Part shown: piece after piece, positions 18,295 to 28,803 of the stretch
Layout: each line of letters begins with the position of its first letter
Position numbering within the stretch: position 1 is the first letter of the stretch
Source: an uncultured Rikenellaceae bacterium
Lineage (GTDB): Bacteria; Bacteroidota; Bacteroidia; Bacteroidales; VadinHA17
DNA: 61,690 bases
Assembly: GCA_964525415.1 (NCBI GenBank)
Contig: CAZGGZ010000009.1
Span: forward strand, 1 to 61,690
Direction: 5' to 3'
Position numbers and translations under genes: made by a program
The notes under the pieces: model-generated
Seen by the model: only the letters and a program-made list of their open reading frames with translations
What the model was told of the DNA's origin: nothing
Database searches by the model: none

Positions 18295-19056
18295 TTATAT
18301 TATTTCAAGGCTGTTTGCCGGTATCCAACCCTTATTCCCGTCAGAAAGCTGTATCTCAAACCATTCGCCGACTTCATCCTCAACAGTTACTTTTGTGCCT
18401 TCATGAAGTACAAAAAGGTCAGTTCCGCTATTATCGGGTGAACTCTTCCCGTTTACAGCCGGACTGAAGATTATTGCCTTCTGGCTGTCATAGATCATAT
18501 TCCTGTTTCTGATTGTCATGGCAAGCGATGCCAGTGATACAATAATTAAAAACAGGGCAAGCCAGAATCCAAGCACTTTCAGCCTGTATTTTGAAGTGTA
18601 GAAATAAAGTGAAAGGAACAAAAGACACAGGATGAAGGTTACTATGCTTATCCATGCCCAGGTATTTGTTGAAAGAGACAGTGCCAGCAGGTTATACCAT
18701 CTGATAAAAAACAGCTCCGGGATCTCCTCAAAACGGTCAACAACAAGGGTCCGTGCAATCTGAAGGTTATAGTTTATATCTTCGTCACCGGGTTTGAGAA
18801 GATATGCCCTTTCGTAGAACAGAATTGCACCCGGAGTATTGTTCAGCTTGAAGTATGCATTCCCTATATTATATTCAAGTTCAGCCGAACGATATCCTGT
18901 TTTATAAATACCCGTCCAGTTTTCAAGGGCTTTTTCATAATTCCCGGCGGAGAAGCTCTCCGTTGCTGCAGCAAATTGTTCTGCCGGGGTCTGTTGTGCA
19001 GGAAGGCATACTGGAAATGTCAGGAGTAATAATATCAATGCTCTGGCTTTCATCAT
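18295..19056 (-). CDS. batE: BatE (TPR plus C-terminal SH3-like domain)
   Basis: TPR segment YNIGNAYFKL...AILFYERA and LFVLHEGTKV...GWIP; last gene of the bat cluster. Confidence 0.88.
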   Translation of the reverse strand: MMKARALILLLLTFPVCLPAQQTPAEQFAAATESFSAGNYEKALENWTGIYKTGYRSAELEYNIGNAYFKLNNTPGAILFYERAYLLKPGDEDINYNLQIARTLVVDRFEEIPELFFIRWYNLLALSLSTNTWAWISIVTFILCLLFLSLYFYTSKYRLKVLGFWLALFLIIVSLASLAMTIRNRNMIYDSQKAIIFSPAVNGKSSPDNSGTDLFVLHEGTKVTVEDEVGEWFEIQLSDGNKGWIPANSLEII

Positions 19057-20867
19057 CTGACAATTGAATTTTCCACTGACCGTATGAACCGGGATGTACC
19101 TTCATAAATTTCAGCAGCTTCATTGCCGGATGAAGCCGGTGAATACCTTGCATATTCGGAGCTGTCAAGAATTCCTGTCAGGCTGTTGATATCATCTTCA
19201 CTTATCCCCTTATCCTTCAGAACTGAAACAACGTTGTTTCTGCTGAGGTCTGAGACAGGTATATTAAGCTTGTCACTGAGATATCCCCAGATTGCCTTAA
19301 GTATCTCCTCATGAAACCTGTCTATTTCTCCTCGTTTCAGGCAGCCTGAAGCTTCCTTTAGTCTTTTGCCTGCAATTTTTCCTGCCTTGCGGTTACGGAC
19401 TGCAGTAATATCGGCATTTCGTCTGATGTGCTCCCTTCTTGCAAAAAGAACAATAAAAAAGACCAGGAGAGCAATAGCATAAATACTATAAAACGAACTA
19501 TTTGAGTTAATGATTTTTGTAGTTTTTGAAAACTCACCCGGATTGGATTTTATAAAGCGTATATCTTTTCCGACGTATTTCACATCCTCTTTTGAAACAC
19601 CGCCATAAACAGTGATACCTGTTGTTGTTTCTGTCCCTTTGCGGGCATAGAACCGGTATTCCCCTGTTTTGAGTGTTTCATACTTTCCGGAAGCTGTATT
19701 AAAGAAGGAATAAGTCACAGGCGGAATAGTAAAATCGCCATAATGACGCGGGATAAGCAGATATTCAAAGGTTCTTTGCCCTGATGTGCCACTCAGGCTG
19801 TTCTTTATATTATCAGTCACCTTTGGATCATATACCTCAATATCAGGGGATAATGCAAGCCTGGGAGCTTCGGCCAGTTTAAGGTTCCCATTTCCGGAAA
19901 TAGTTATTTTAAAGTTGACAGCATCATTTACATCAACGGAATCCTTATTGACAGAAGCCTTAAGATCAAGCTTACCCACTACTCCTGAATAATCGCCGGG
20001 CTTCGCACCCGGTAACGGTTTAACATTTATTGAAACAGCCTTGCTGATTACCGCTTTCTGTATTGTCTGGAATGTCGAGAAAAAGTCACCAAAGAAAGGA
20101 TCACCATCTCCAGACCTTTGACGTACGAGCACAGATATCTGGACAGGATCGATTTTTATTTCTCCTGTTACCTGTGGGAAGAGAAGAAAGTTCTGAATAA
20201 CTCCGGTTCCATAAATTGTTCCATTTATATTTTCCTGTTTCAGCTGGGTAAGAGGCGGCGTCTCAATATCAGATTTAAGAAATCCTTTGAAATCCGGATA
20301 TTTGATCTCATTTATTCCTGAAAGATCTACCCTGGTGTATATTTTCACTGTCGCAGCAATGTGTTCACCGATATATACTTCCCTCCGGTTCAGGGAGAGA
20401 TCGACAAAAATATCACTTCCTGCAGCTTCAGGTTGTGCACTTGCAGTACCTGTGTTAGCACCCGGCTGCACGTTCTGTCTCCGGGCACCATTACCGACAA
20501 CCTCAATGTAGATTGAGTCAGAATAGAAGGTTTTGTTCTTAAGCGTATATGAAGCAGGAGGAATGACATATTTGCCTTCCTCAGGTGCCTGGAGGTAATA
20601 CAGATAACTATATGTTGTCTGATGCGACATTTTGCCGTTAATTATCTGTGTGCTTGAGCTGTAGGAAGTCTGTGGTCCCATAAGTCTGTAGAATCCCGCA
20701 AAGGGAGGAGCAGAGAATTCACCGCCACCTGAATTTACGGTCCAGGATACTGCAAACTGCTGTCCTGCCTCCACAACCGAGGGGTATTCAGCTTCGATAG
20801 CAATATCCTGTGCAGTCATGTTCCGGACTGCCAGAAGTACAATAATATATAATAGTGTTCTTTTCAC
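19053..20867 (-). CDS. batD: BatD
   Basis: GPQTSYSSSTQIING, VKPLP, PDIEVYDPK and FEYLLIPR motifs; position in the bat operon. Confidence 0.88.
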   Translation of the reverse strand: MKRTLLYIIVLLAVRNMTAQDIAIEAEYPSVVEAGQQFAVSWTVNSGGGEFSAPPFAGFYRLMGPQTSYSSSTQIINGKMSHQTTYSYLYYLQAPEEGKYVIPPASYTLKNKTFYSDSIYIEVVGNGARRQNVQPGANTGTASAQPEAAGSDIFVDLSLNRREVYIGEHIAATVKIYTRVDLSGINEIKYPDFKGFLKSDIETPPLTQLKQENINGTIYGTGVIQNFLLFPQVTGEIKIDPVQISVLVRQRSGDGDPFFGDFFSTFQTIQKAVISKAVSINVKPLPGAKPGDYSGVVGKLDLKASVNKDSVDVNDAVNFKITISGNGNLKLAEAPRLALSPDIEVYDPKVTDNIKNSLSGTSGQRTFEYLLIPRHYGDFTIPPVTYSFFNTASGKYETLKTGEYRFYARKGTETTTGITVYGGVSKEDVKYVGKDIRFIKSNPGEFSKTTKIINSNSSFYSIYAIALLVFFIVLFARREHIRRNADITAVRNRKAGKIAGKRLKEASGCLKRGEIDRFHEEILKAIWGYLSDKLNIPVSDLSRNNVVSVLKDKGISEDDINSLTGILDSSEYARYSPASSGNEAAEIYEGTSRFIRSVENSIVR

Positions 20868-20882
20868 ACTTTATTATTGATA

Positions 20883-21629
20883 TCACCAGTTTTTAACCGT
20901 GATGGTTTTAGATTTCAATGCTTTTGCAAGTTTAACCTTTTCCTGGATATTTTTTTCATCATTTGCCAGAGCATTCAGCAATCTTTCAGCATCTTCCTTT
21001 GAAATTCCCTGCTGCTGCTGTTGTTCCTTCTGCTGATCCTGCTGTTGCTGATTATCACTGTTTTTGTTATCCTTGTTTTCCTGTTTGTCCTGTTGATTCT
21101 GCTGGTCTTTATTCTGATCCTGGTTCTGCTGATCCTTCTGTTGCTGCTGTTGTTGTTCCTGTTGCCTCAGGAGGTCCTGAGCATAAGCAAGGTTATATTT
21201 TGTTTCCATATTATCCGGATCCAGTCTCAATGATCCTTTATATGCGTCAACGCTCTCCCTGACCTTGTCGGCCATAAGAAGTGAGTTGCCAAGGTTATAA
21301 AGACTGGCTGCTTTCTTTTTGCTGTTGTCATTCATGTCGTGATTTTCAGCAAACTGCTTTCCTGCATCCTCAAATTTATTCTGCTTATAAAGAGCATCAC
21401 CTGAGTTGAAGACTGCATCAGCAGATTCTTTATTCTCGTCAATAGCCCTTCTGTAGGAGATCTCTGAATCAGAAAACTTACTGTTTCCATACTCACGGTT
21501 CCCCTGCCTGATGAATTTTTTATCACCCTGGGAGTAGGAAAACAAAGGAAGCAACAAAAGAATAACTGTCAGAATCAGCCATATTCTGTTCAGTTCTTTC
21601 CTGTTCTCCATATTATTGTTTGTCGGCAT
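20883..21629 (-). CDS. batC: BatC (TPR protein with a Gln-rich linker)
   Basis: TPRs YNLGN...YKGSLRLDPDNMETKYNLAYA and ISKEDAERLLNAL. Confidence 0.88.
   Translation of the reverse strand: MPTNNNMENRKELNRIWLILTVILLLLPLFSYSQGDKKFIRQGNREYGNSKFSDSEISYRRAIDENKESADAVFNSGDALYKQNKFEDAGKQFAENHDMNDNSKKKAASLYNLGNSLLMADKVRESVDAYKGSLRLDPDNMETKYNLAYAQDLLRQQEQQQQQQKDQQNQDQNKDQQNQQDKQENKDNKNSDNQQQQDQQKEQQQQQGISKEDAERLLNALANDEKNIQEKVKLAKALKSKTITVKNW
21006..21165. repeat. Low-complexity (CTG/TTG)n coding repeat forming the Q/D/K/N linker of BatC
   Basis: Runs such as ctgctgctgttg; translates to QQEQQQQQQKDQQNQDQ. Confidence 0.8.
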
Positions 21630-21642
21630 ATTGTTTATATGA

Positions 21643-22683
21643 TCAGATCTTGAATTTAAATAATTTTATACTGGCCAGCTTCCTGTTCTTTCTTTCCATT
21701 ACGATAAAATCGAATATCAGGAAGAAAAGTGCAATCACAGCAAATATCTGAAACTGGTCATTGTATTCAGTATACATTGTACTCTCCATTTCCTGGGTTT
21801 TCATCTTCTTTATTTCTCCGTATATCTCATCCAGTCCGATATTTGAGCTGCTTGCCCTTACATAGTTGCCTTCGCCGTTTATAGCAATCTTCTTAAGGAT
21901 TTCCTCATCAAGCTTTGTGATCACGGTATTGCCATCCTTATCTTTCAGGTAATCACGCTTTCCCCCTCTCATTACAGGAACGGGCACACCTTCAGGAGAG
22001 CCTATTCCTATAGTGTGAATTACTATCCCAGCCACAGCTGCTTCTGAAGCTTTTGCAACCGGATCATCCTCATGATTCTCACCGTCGGTAATGATGATCA
22101 TAGCCCTGCTTTTACCTTCTCCCGGGCTGAAGGATCTCATACCCAGATCTATTGCAGCGCCAATGGCAGTTCCCTGTTTGGGAACCATATCGGGATTTAT
22201 AGCTGAAAGAAACATCTTAGCAGAGATATAGTCAGTTGTAACAGGAATTTGTGTATATGCATCACCGGCAAAGACTATCAGTCCTATTTTGTCATTATCC
22301 AGGTTGTCAATCAATCTTGTCAGAGCCTGTTTTGCCCGGGTAAGACGGTCAGGCTGAATATCCTGTGCAAGCATGGAATTGCTGACATCAAGAGCAATAA
22401 TAACCTCCACACCCTGTTTTTTAACCTCCTCAAGCCTCGATCCGAACTGCGGACGGGCAAGAATCAGAATGATAGCGGCAAGGGCAAAAAACTGGAGGGA
22501 GAATTTAATACCTGGTCGTATCCCTGACATTTCCGGAAGGAGCTTTGTTACGAGTTCTGATTCCCCGAATCTTTTAAGCGCTCGTTTCTTCCTCACTTCA
22601 TTCAGTATCCACAAAACAACCATTGCCGGCAGCAAAAGCAGCAGGTAAAGGAAATCGGGATTTGCGAATCTGAATAACTGCAT
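21643..22683 (-). CDS. batB: BatB, vWA domain protein
   Basis: MIDAS motif DVSNSM, GLIVFAGDA, GTAIGAAI and ITDGENHE. Confidence 0.9.
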   Translation of the reverse strand: MQLFRFANPDFLYLLLLLPAMVVLWILNEVRKKRALKRFGESELVTKLLPEMSGIRPGIKFSLQFFALAAIILILARPQFGSRLEEVKKQGVEVIIALDVSNSMLAQDIQPDRLTRAKQALTRLIDNLDNDKIGLIVFAGDAYTQIPVTTDYISAKMFLSAINPDMVPKQGTAIGAAIDLGMRSFSPGEGKSRAMIIITDGENHEDDPVAKASEAAVAGIVIHTIGIGSPEGVPVPVMRGGKRDYLKDKDGNTVITKLDEEILKKIAINGEGNYVRASSSNIGLDEIYGEIKKMKTQEMESTMYTEYNDQFQIFAVIALFFLIFDFIVMERKNRKLASIKLFKFKI

Positions 22684-22695
22684 TATTGTATCTTA

Positions 22696-23688
22696 TTATG
22701 TAAGGTTTTTATAAACAGTCAGACGCAAAAGCGCTTCAAGGGCAAGTAAGATAAAAGCAAAAATCGCAGGCAGGAGGAATTTCTCCTCCTTGCGTGTAAA
22801 CTGACGCACATCAATTTTGGACTTTTCAAGCTTATCAATCTCGCCATAGACCTGTACCAGCTTATCATTATCGGTTGCCCTGAAATAGCTTCCGCCCGTT
22901 TTTGTAGCAATATCCTTAAGTATTGCTTCATCTATTTCAACCGGCATATTCTGGTACTGAACTCCGAATGGTGTCTGAACAGGATATGGTGCAGTGCCCA
23001 TGGTTCCCACTCCGATAGTATAAACCCTTATTCCATATGTTTTTGCTATATCAGCGGCGGTGGATGGAGCTATATCTCCCCTGTTATTGACACCATCAGT
23101 CAGCAGGATTATGACCTTACTTATTGCCTCTGAATCCCTGATCCTGTTTATCGCGGTAGCCAGACCATTTCCTATTGCAGTACCGTCTTCGATCATACCG
23201 CTCTGAATCTCTCTCATCAGGTTAATCAGAACAGCATGGTCAGTTGTCAGAGGGCATTGGGTAAAGCTCTCACCGCTGAATACCACAAGCCCAAGACGGT
23301 CGTAAGGACGACCTGAAATGAACTCGGTCGCCACATTTTTGGATGCTTCCAGCCTGTCGGGTTTGAAATCACGGGCAAGCATGCTTCCCGATATGTCAAG
23401 GGCCAGCATTATGTCTATTCCTTCAGTTGTTACATTCTGAAACCTGTCGGTTTTCTGGGGACGTGCAAGAATAATGATCAGTAAAGCTACGGCAAGCATC
23501 CTCAGGGCAAACAGGATATGCCTTAGATAGTGCCGGAACGTTGTTCCTGTGTTTCCAAACTGATCAAGTCCGGGCATGTGAAGTGATGCGGATGTTTTTT
23601 GCTGGCGGAGGACATAAAAGGCCATCATTCCCGGGACCAGCAGCAGAAGCCAGAGATAGAGAGGTTCAGCATATGTAATACCTGTCAT
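22696..23688 (-). CDS. batA: BatA, vWA domain protein
   Basis: DISGSMLARDFKPDRL, TQCPLTTDH, GTAIGNG and LLTDGVNN; ATG overlaps the upstream TGA. Confidence 0.92.
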   Translation of the reverse strand: MTGITYAEPLYLWLLLLVPGMMAFYVLRQQKTSASLHMPGLDQFGNTGTTFRHYLRHILFALRMLAVALLIIILARPQKTDRFQNVTTEGIDIMLALDISGSMLARDFKPDRLEASKNVATEFISGRPYDRLGLVVFSGESFTQCPLTTDHAVLINLMREIQSGMIEDGTAIGNGLATAINRIRDSEAISKVIILLTDGVNNRGDIAPSTAADIAKTYGIRVYTIGVGTMGTAPYPVQTPFGVQYQNMPVEIDEAILKDIATKTGGSYFRATDNDKLVQVYGEIDKLEKSKIDVRQFTRKEEKFLLPAIFAFILLALEALLRLTVYKNLT

Positions 23689-24668
23689 CACTTCTTTTCG
23701 CTTGTTTTTTTTGTTTCTTTGTCAGGTTCAGGTTCCGGAATATATTTTGTAGCATCAACAAATGCCCATGAGTTTTGAAAATGAACATCATTCTCCGAAG
23801 GTTCAGGTTTATATTTGGCAAATTTTACCAGGTCGGAACCATTTAGGATGGTCTTCAGGCTGCTGTATGAACTATCTTTTTTAAATCCCGTTTTCAATAA
23901 CGCTTCAAGAGTTTCCGAGGTTGTCATTTCAAGTGAATAAACACCATATCTGTTTTCGAGGTACTGGCGCAGTATCTCTGTAAGCCTTGAATAATATTGC
24001 TTCACCTCACCCTTTTGCCAAAGCTGTTCGTCCCTTAACTTTTCAAGGTCCCTGAATGCAATCACGTGTGCCGGATCGGGATTTATTAATGTTTCCGGTT
24101 CTGTCTTCGGTTTTCTTAACTTGCGGACCAGTCTGATTATTCCCCAGATCAATGCTGCAGCCAGGGCTGCGAGCAATATCCATGGAAGTATCTCTCCCAG
24201 CGTTAAAGGAGCCTTGTAAGGTCCGATTATATCGAAGATCCTTGCTGAAGTATCGGCAGGTGCAATCTTTACCCTCATGACTTCAAGCGGTGAGTAACCG
24301 GAATAATACCTTTTTATTCCCGACTCGTTCTTTATTTCAGCATAAGTTGGAGGAACCTCATAAAAGCCTGAATCAAAAGATGTTATCAGATACCTGCTGG
24401 TTATCCTGAGCCGGTCATTATCAACAGCATTGCTATCGATCACCGGACCGGAAAGGATCTCAATTTTTCCGGAGAGTGTGTCCTTAAGCAAGGGAAGATC
24501 GAGCTCAAGTCCGAAAGGCTGATCTACTGTAATTGTATAGTTTATCTGATCCCCGATATATATGCGTGTGCTGTCAAAAACAGCTGTTACGGTAACATCC
24601 TGTCCTTCCAAAGCTGCAATAGCAATGGCAATCAACACTAATGATATAGACAGTCTCTTCCTGATCAC
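23688..24668 (-). CDS. Conserved bat-cluster membrane protein
   Basis: Signal peptide, ITSFDSG, single TM segment and LEMTTSE...DLVKFAK, typical of the gene between DUF58 and batA. Confidence 0.8.
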   Translation of the reverse strand: MIRKRLSISLVLIAIAIAALEGQDVTVTAVFDSTRIYIGDQINYTITVDQPFGLELDLPLLKDTLSGKIEILSGPVIDSNAVDNDRLRITSRYLITSFDSGFYEVPPTYAEIKNESGIKRYYSGYSPLEVMRVKIAPADTSARIFDIIGPYKAPLTLGEILPWILLAALAAALIWGIIRLVRKLRKPKTEPETLINPDPAHVIAFRDLEKLRDEQLWQKGEVKQYYSRLTEILRQYLENRYGVYSLEMTTSETLEALLKTGFKKDSSYSSLKTILNGSDLVKFAKYKPEPSENDVHFQNSWAFVDATKYIPEPEPDKETKKTSEKK

Positions 24669-25528
24669 CTGCTTTCGAATAATTTTATCAGAGGTTTAAC
24701 ATAGTCTTCCCCGGTATTTATCAGAGCAGAATCCACTCCGCTCCTTTTAAATACATTGCTGATCCTGGCAGAATGTTCTTCCCACCACCGTCCATACGCC
24801 TCCCTTGATTTGCGGGCAGCTGTATCTATCCATTTTTCGTCACCTGTTTCAGAATCCGTTACTTTAACAAGTCCGACATCGGGCAGATAAGTCTCAGCTT
24901 TATCATAGACTTTTATAGCTGCTATATCGTGCTTGTTTGAAGCGATCCTGAGCGCCTCATCAAAATCAGGGGCCATAAAATCTGAGATAATGAAAGCAGT
25001 ACATCTTTTCTTTATTGCATTGGTCAGAAACCTCAATGCCTCATCGAGATTGGTTTTGTTGCTCTCCGGTCTGAAACCAAGAAGCTCTCTGATTATTCTT
25101 AGAATATGTTTTCTTCCTTTTTGTGGAGGAATGAATTTCTCCACCTTGTCTGTGAAGAAGATCACGCCTATTTTATCATTATTGAAAATAGCTGAAAATG
25201 AAAGGACTGCGGCAACTTCAGTCATCACATCACGCTTGAAGCTGACCGTGGTGCCGAAATTTCCTGATCCGCTGACATCGATCAGAAGCATAACTGTCAG
25301 TTCCCTTTCTTCTTCAAATATCTTTATATAGGGATGGTTGAATCTTGCAGTCACGTTCCAGTCAATACTCCTTATATCATCGCCGTACTGATATTCCCTG
25401 ACTTCGCTGAAGGCAATACCTCTTCCCTTAAAAGCACTATGGTATTCCCCTGCAAAAATATGCCGGGTCAGTCCCCTGGCTTTTATTTCAATCCTGCGGA
25501 CTTTCTTTATGAGATCTGTTTCTTCCAT
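24665..25528 (-). CDS. DUF58 domain protein
   Basis: GEYHSAFKGRG, EVREYQYGDDIRSIDWNVTAR and EEERELTV motifs. Confidence 0.92.
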   Translation of the reverse strand: MEETDLIKKVRRIEIKARGLTRHIFAGEYHSAFKGRGIAFSEVREYQYGDDIRSIDWNVTARFNHPYIKIFEEERELTVMLLIDVSGSGNFGTTVSFKRDVMTEVAAVLSFSAIFNNDKIGVIFFTDKVEKFIPPQKGRKHILRIIRELLGFRPESNKTNLDEALRFLTNAIKKRCTAFIISDFMAPDFDEALRIASNKHDIAAIKVYDKAETYLPDVGLVKVTDSETGDEKWIDTAARKSREAYGRWWEEHSARISNVFKRSGVDSALINTGEDYVKPLIKLFESR

Positions 25529-25530
25529 TT

Positions 25531-26526
25531 TCAGGGAACTTCCACAACATTAAGTATCTCAGCAATTATCTTATCCTGGTTGACATTTTCAGCTTCGGCT
25601 TCATAGGTCAGACCGATCCTGTGGCGCATGACATCAGGGCAGATAGCTCTCACGTCTTCGGGAATAACATAACCCCTGCGTCGTATGAAGGCAAAAGCCT
25701 TGGCGGCCAGTGAGAGATATATTGAAGCCCTTGGTGATGCACCATATGATATCATGTTCTTAAATGCCGGCAAACCGTATTTTTCGGGACTCCTGCTGGC
25801 AAATACAATATTCAGGATATAATTCTCAATCTTCTCATCCATGTACACTTCCCTGACTATATCCCTTGCCCGTACAATATCGTTCGTTTTCAGAACGGTG
25901 CTTGTTTTCGGAAATTCTTTGGCAAGGTTTTCCCTGATTATCAGTTTTTCCTCATCCATTGAAGGATAATCGATTAGCACTTTCATCATGAACCTGTCAA
26001 CCTGGGCTTCAGGAAGAGGATAAGTCCCCTCCTGCTCTATCGGATTCTGGGTGGCAAGCACAAGGAAGGGTTCATCGAGCAGGAATGTTGATTCACCGAT
26101 CGTAATCTGCCTTTCCTGCATGGCTTCAAGAAGAGCGCTTTGAACCTTTGCAGGAGACCGGTTGATCTCATCTGCAAGGATGAAATTTGCAAAGACCGGA
26201 CCTTTCTTAACAATGAATTCCTCTTTCTTCTGACTGTAGATCATTGTACCTATTAGGTCGGCAGGAAGCAGGTCAGGTGTGAATTGTATCCTGCTGAATT
26301 TAGCTTCAATAATTGCAGCAAGTGATTTTATTGCAAGCGTTTTTGCGAGTCCGGGGACTCCTTCAAGAAGAATATGGCCGTTAGCTAAAAGACCTATCAT
26401 CAGGCTGTCAGTAAGATGTTTCTGTCCGATTATGACCTTATTCATCTCCAACCTGATGATATCGACAAAAGCGCTTTCTTTTTCGATTTTTTCATTAAGG
26501 ATCCTTATGTCAGTTGTCTGCTCCAT
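25531..26526 (-). CDS. moxR: MoxR family AAA+ ATPase
   Basis: LEGVPGLAKT, RIQFTPDLLP, LADEINRSPAKVQSALLEAM and ATQNPIEQEGTYPLPEAQVDRF. Confidence 0.95.
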   Translation of the reverse strand: MEQTTDIRILNEKIEKESAFVDIIRLEMNKVIIGQKHLTDSLMIGLLANGHILLEGVPGLAKTLAIKSLAAIIEAKFSRIQFTPDLLPADLIGTMIYSQKKEEFIVKKGPVFANFILADEINRSPAKVQSALLEAMQERQITIGESTFLLDEPFLVLATQNPIEQEGTYPLPEAQVDRFMMKVLIDYPSMDEEKLIIRENLAKEFPKTSTVLKTNDIVRARDIVREVYMDEKIENYILNIVFASRSPEKYGLPAFKNMISYGASPRASIYLSLAAKAFAFIRRRGYVIPEDVRAICPDVMRHRIGLTYEAEAENVNQDKIIAEILNVVEVP

Positions 26527-26545
26527 GGTTTAAAATTTTAAACAG

Positions 26546-26553
26546 CAAAGATA
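26546..26553 (-). promoter_or_regulatory. -7 promoter element of the moxR/bat operon
   Basis: Minus strand TATCTTTG, about 20 nt upstream of the ATG. Confidence 0.55.
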
Positions 26554-26645
26554 ATAAAACACATGTTATTTCAGTCTCAGAATATCTTCTGAAACATCTG
26601 ACCGCAAAAGAATAAGGGTATTTAATAAAGAGGTGTTAATGAGTG

Positions 26646-27833
26646 TTAAACTTCTGTTAAATTTACCGAAAGAGGGTTCCAGCCGAAACCCGATCGCATT
26701 GACGACCTTACTACGATCATCAGTTCAAGCGGGATAAAAGCGCTATTGAACGCGTTGGGAAAGAATATCTGTATCAGAAACGCAATAATGGCAAGGGAAA
26801 AGACCAGTTTGAACCATCCATGCCATTCCTTGTTGAAAATCAGGCTTATAAGACACAATATTATAAAAGGACTCAGCCAGATCATATTCAGATTCCATTT
26901 TGTCTGCTGGTGATCGGTGAAAAAATTAAAGAAGAGAAGCAGTATGGCAAGCAATGTAAATACCGAGAAAACCAGAAGGTCAATCACCTTGTTTGCTGTT
27001 TTTGCCCTTATGGTTGCTGACAATAAAATCATGAGTATCAGGATCAGTGATAAAACAAACATAGGAGATGTGATAAAGCTCTTCTTCACAAAAGGAGGAT
27101 CAAATTCGATTAGAAAATCAGGATTCTGAAGAAGGGGGATCATCTTCCCGTTCCTGTTAACGACTGCATCAGATAATCCTTCCTGCAGATCGATCGGGAG
27201 GAACATCCTGTCTCTCAGGTCGGCTTTTTTATCTGCCGGGGACCCCAGGAGAAGATCTACTCCAAACAGCAGCCATGGATATGGCTGCTGGTATTGATTC
27301 ACCTTTTCCCTGAAAGTAGGAATATCCTTAACAATTTCAGGCGGGTAAATGAGCTTTTCGCCTAAGGATTTCTCGAGAAGGTCCCTGATACGGGTAGAAC
27401 AATCATCATAGAAAAAGTCGTAGCGGTATTTGACATTTTCAGGTTTGAGGTTTTCGTTTATAAGAGCTATAAGTGTTTGAATCTCATCTGGCTCAAGGTT
27501 TATTTTCTGCTGATATACAGATCGTTGCTCAAAGAAATACTCCTGCAGGAACCTGTCAAATGAATAGACTCCCAGCATATATTCAAGCCGCCCTTTTACG
27601 AATTTCCACACGAAATTAGGCGTGGCAAAATCAAATACGCCCCAGTTATAGACCAGGTCGCTGTTCTTCTCCGGGATCACTATACGCAGCGCACTGTGTC
27701 CGTAAATAGAATACGTCGCAGTACCGGGTGCACATGTAAGCAGGTAAACTTCAGGTCCGGGAGATAGCTGTGATAAGAGATTAAGATTTCCTGATATCAG
27801 AAGTACTGAAAGAAAGAAGCTTGCTTTTTTCAT
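26646..27833 (-). CDS. lnb: DUF4105 protein, Bacteroidetes lipoprotein N-acyltransferase Lnb-like
   Basis: LLTCAPG...YSIYGHSALR, YNWGVFDF and YRYDFFYDDCSTR; C-terminal TM bundle. Confidence 0.75.
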   Translation of the reverse strand: MKKASFFLSVLLISGNLNLLSQLSPGPEVYLLTCAPGTATYSIYGHSALRIVIPEKNSDLVYNWGVFDFATPNFVWKFVKGRLEYMLGVYSFDRFLQEYFFEQRSVYQQKINLEPDEIQTLIALINENLKPENVKYRYDFFYDDCSTRIRDLLEKSLGEKLIYPPEIVKDIPTFREKVNQYQQPYPWLLFGVDLLLGSPADKKADLRDRMFLPIDLQEGLSDAVVNRNGKMIPLLQNPDFLIEFDPPFVKKSFITSPMFVLSLILILMILLSATIRAKTANKVIDLLVFSVFTLLAILLLFFNFFTDHQQTKWNLNMIWLSPFIILCLISLIFNKEWHGWFKLVFSLAIIAFLIQIFFPNAFNSAFIPLELMIVVRSSMRSGFGWNPLSVNLTEV

Positions 27834-27940
27834 AAAAGGAATCTTTTAGTGAATCACAGCATTTATATAGTACGAAAGTGCAAAAAATATGCAATTTGCA
27901 GTAAAAACGCACGATTTTTTTTCAAATTGCGGATAAGTTA

Positions 27941-27948
27941 TACTTTTG
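27941..27948 (+). promoter_or_regulatory. -7 promoter element upstream of the ZIP transporter
   Basis: TACTTTTG matches TAnnTTTG. Confidence 0.45.
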
Positions 27949-27970
27949 AGAAGACTTTTCAGGAAGAAAC

Positions 27971-28786
27971 ATGAATCTGGAGAAACTGCTTGGGATAAAT
28001 CCCGTCTTACTGGCACTGTTTGCAACATTGTTTACCTGGGGTGTCACCGCTCTTGGAGCCGCGATGGTTTTCTTCTTCAAAAGCATTAACAGGAAGATCC
28101 TTAATTCCATGTTAGGATTTGCCGCAGGTGTCATGATTGCAGCAAGTTTCTGGTCGCTTCTTAAACCTGCTATTGAAATGGCAGAGGCTGCGGGCTCAAG
28201 TCCGTGGATCCCGGCTGTTGTCGGTTTCCTTACAGGCGGTGCTTTCCTGTTCCTCACTGACAGACTTCTTCCGCATCTTCACCAGGGTTTGTCAACTGAT
28301 AAAGCCGAAGGTATAAAAACCTCATGGCAGAGAAGTATCCTGCTTGTCATGGCAATTACACTGCACAATATTCCTGAAGGACTGGCGGTTGGAGTTGCTT
28401 TCGGTGCTCTGGCAAGCAGTACTGATACAGGTAATCTTGCAGGTGCAATTGTTCTCGCTGTCGGAATAGGGCTTCAGAATTTTCCGGAAGGGGCTGCAGT
28501 ATCAATTCCGTTACGGCGGGAAGGATTCTCTCGACTTAAATCTTTTATGTACGGTCAGGCTTCAGGACTAGTAGAGCCGATAGCGGCTGTGATTGGAGCT
28601 TTTGCAGTTCTGATGATAAAACCTATGCTGCCTTATGCCCTCTCATTTGCTGCAGGGGCTATGATATTCGTGGTTGTTGAGGAGCTGATACCTGAATCAC
28701 AGACAGGCAATGAGACTGATCTTTCAACAATAGGAGCTATGTTCGGATTCGCAACCATGATGCTTCTCGATGTCGCGCTTGGATAA
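27971..28786 (+). CDS. zupT: ZIP family divalent metal transporter (GufA/ZupT type)
   Basis: GFAAGVMIAASFWSLL, ITLHNIPEGLAVGV, QNFPEG and VVVEELIPE motifs. Confidence 0.88.
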   Translation: MNLEKLLGINPVLLALFATLFTWGVTALGAAMVFFFKSINRKILNSMLGFAAGVMIAASFWSLLKPAIEMAEAAGSSPWIPAVVGFLTGGAFLFLTDRLLPHLHQGLSTDKAEGIKTSWQRSILLVMAITLHNIPEGLAVGVAFGALASSTDTGNLAGAIVLAVGIGLQNFPEGAAVSIPLRREGFSRLKSFMYGQASGLVEPIAAVIGAFAVLMIKPMLPYALSFAAGAMIFVVVEELIPESQTGNETDLSTIGAMFGFATMMLLDVALG

Positions 28787-28803
28787 CATAAATACGAAAA
28801 AAT

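Noticed and set aside
21006-21165. Tandem trinucleotide-like repeats as a possible CRISPR or contingency locus
   Set aside because: In-frame low-complexity Gln-rich linker typical of BatC; no repeat-spacer structure and no cas genes
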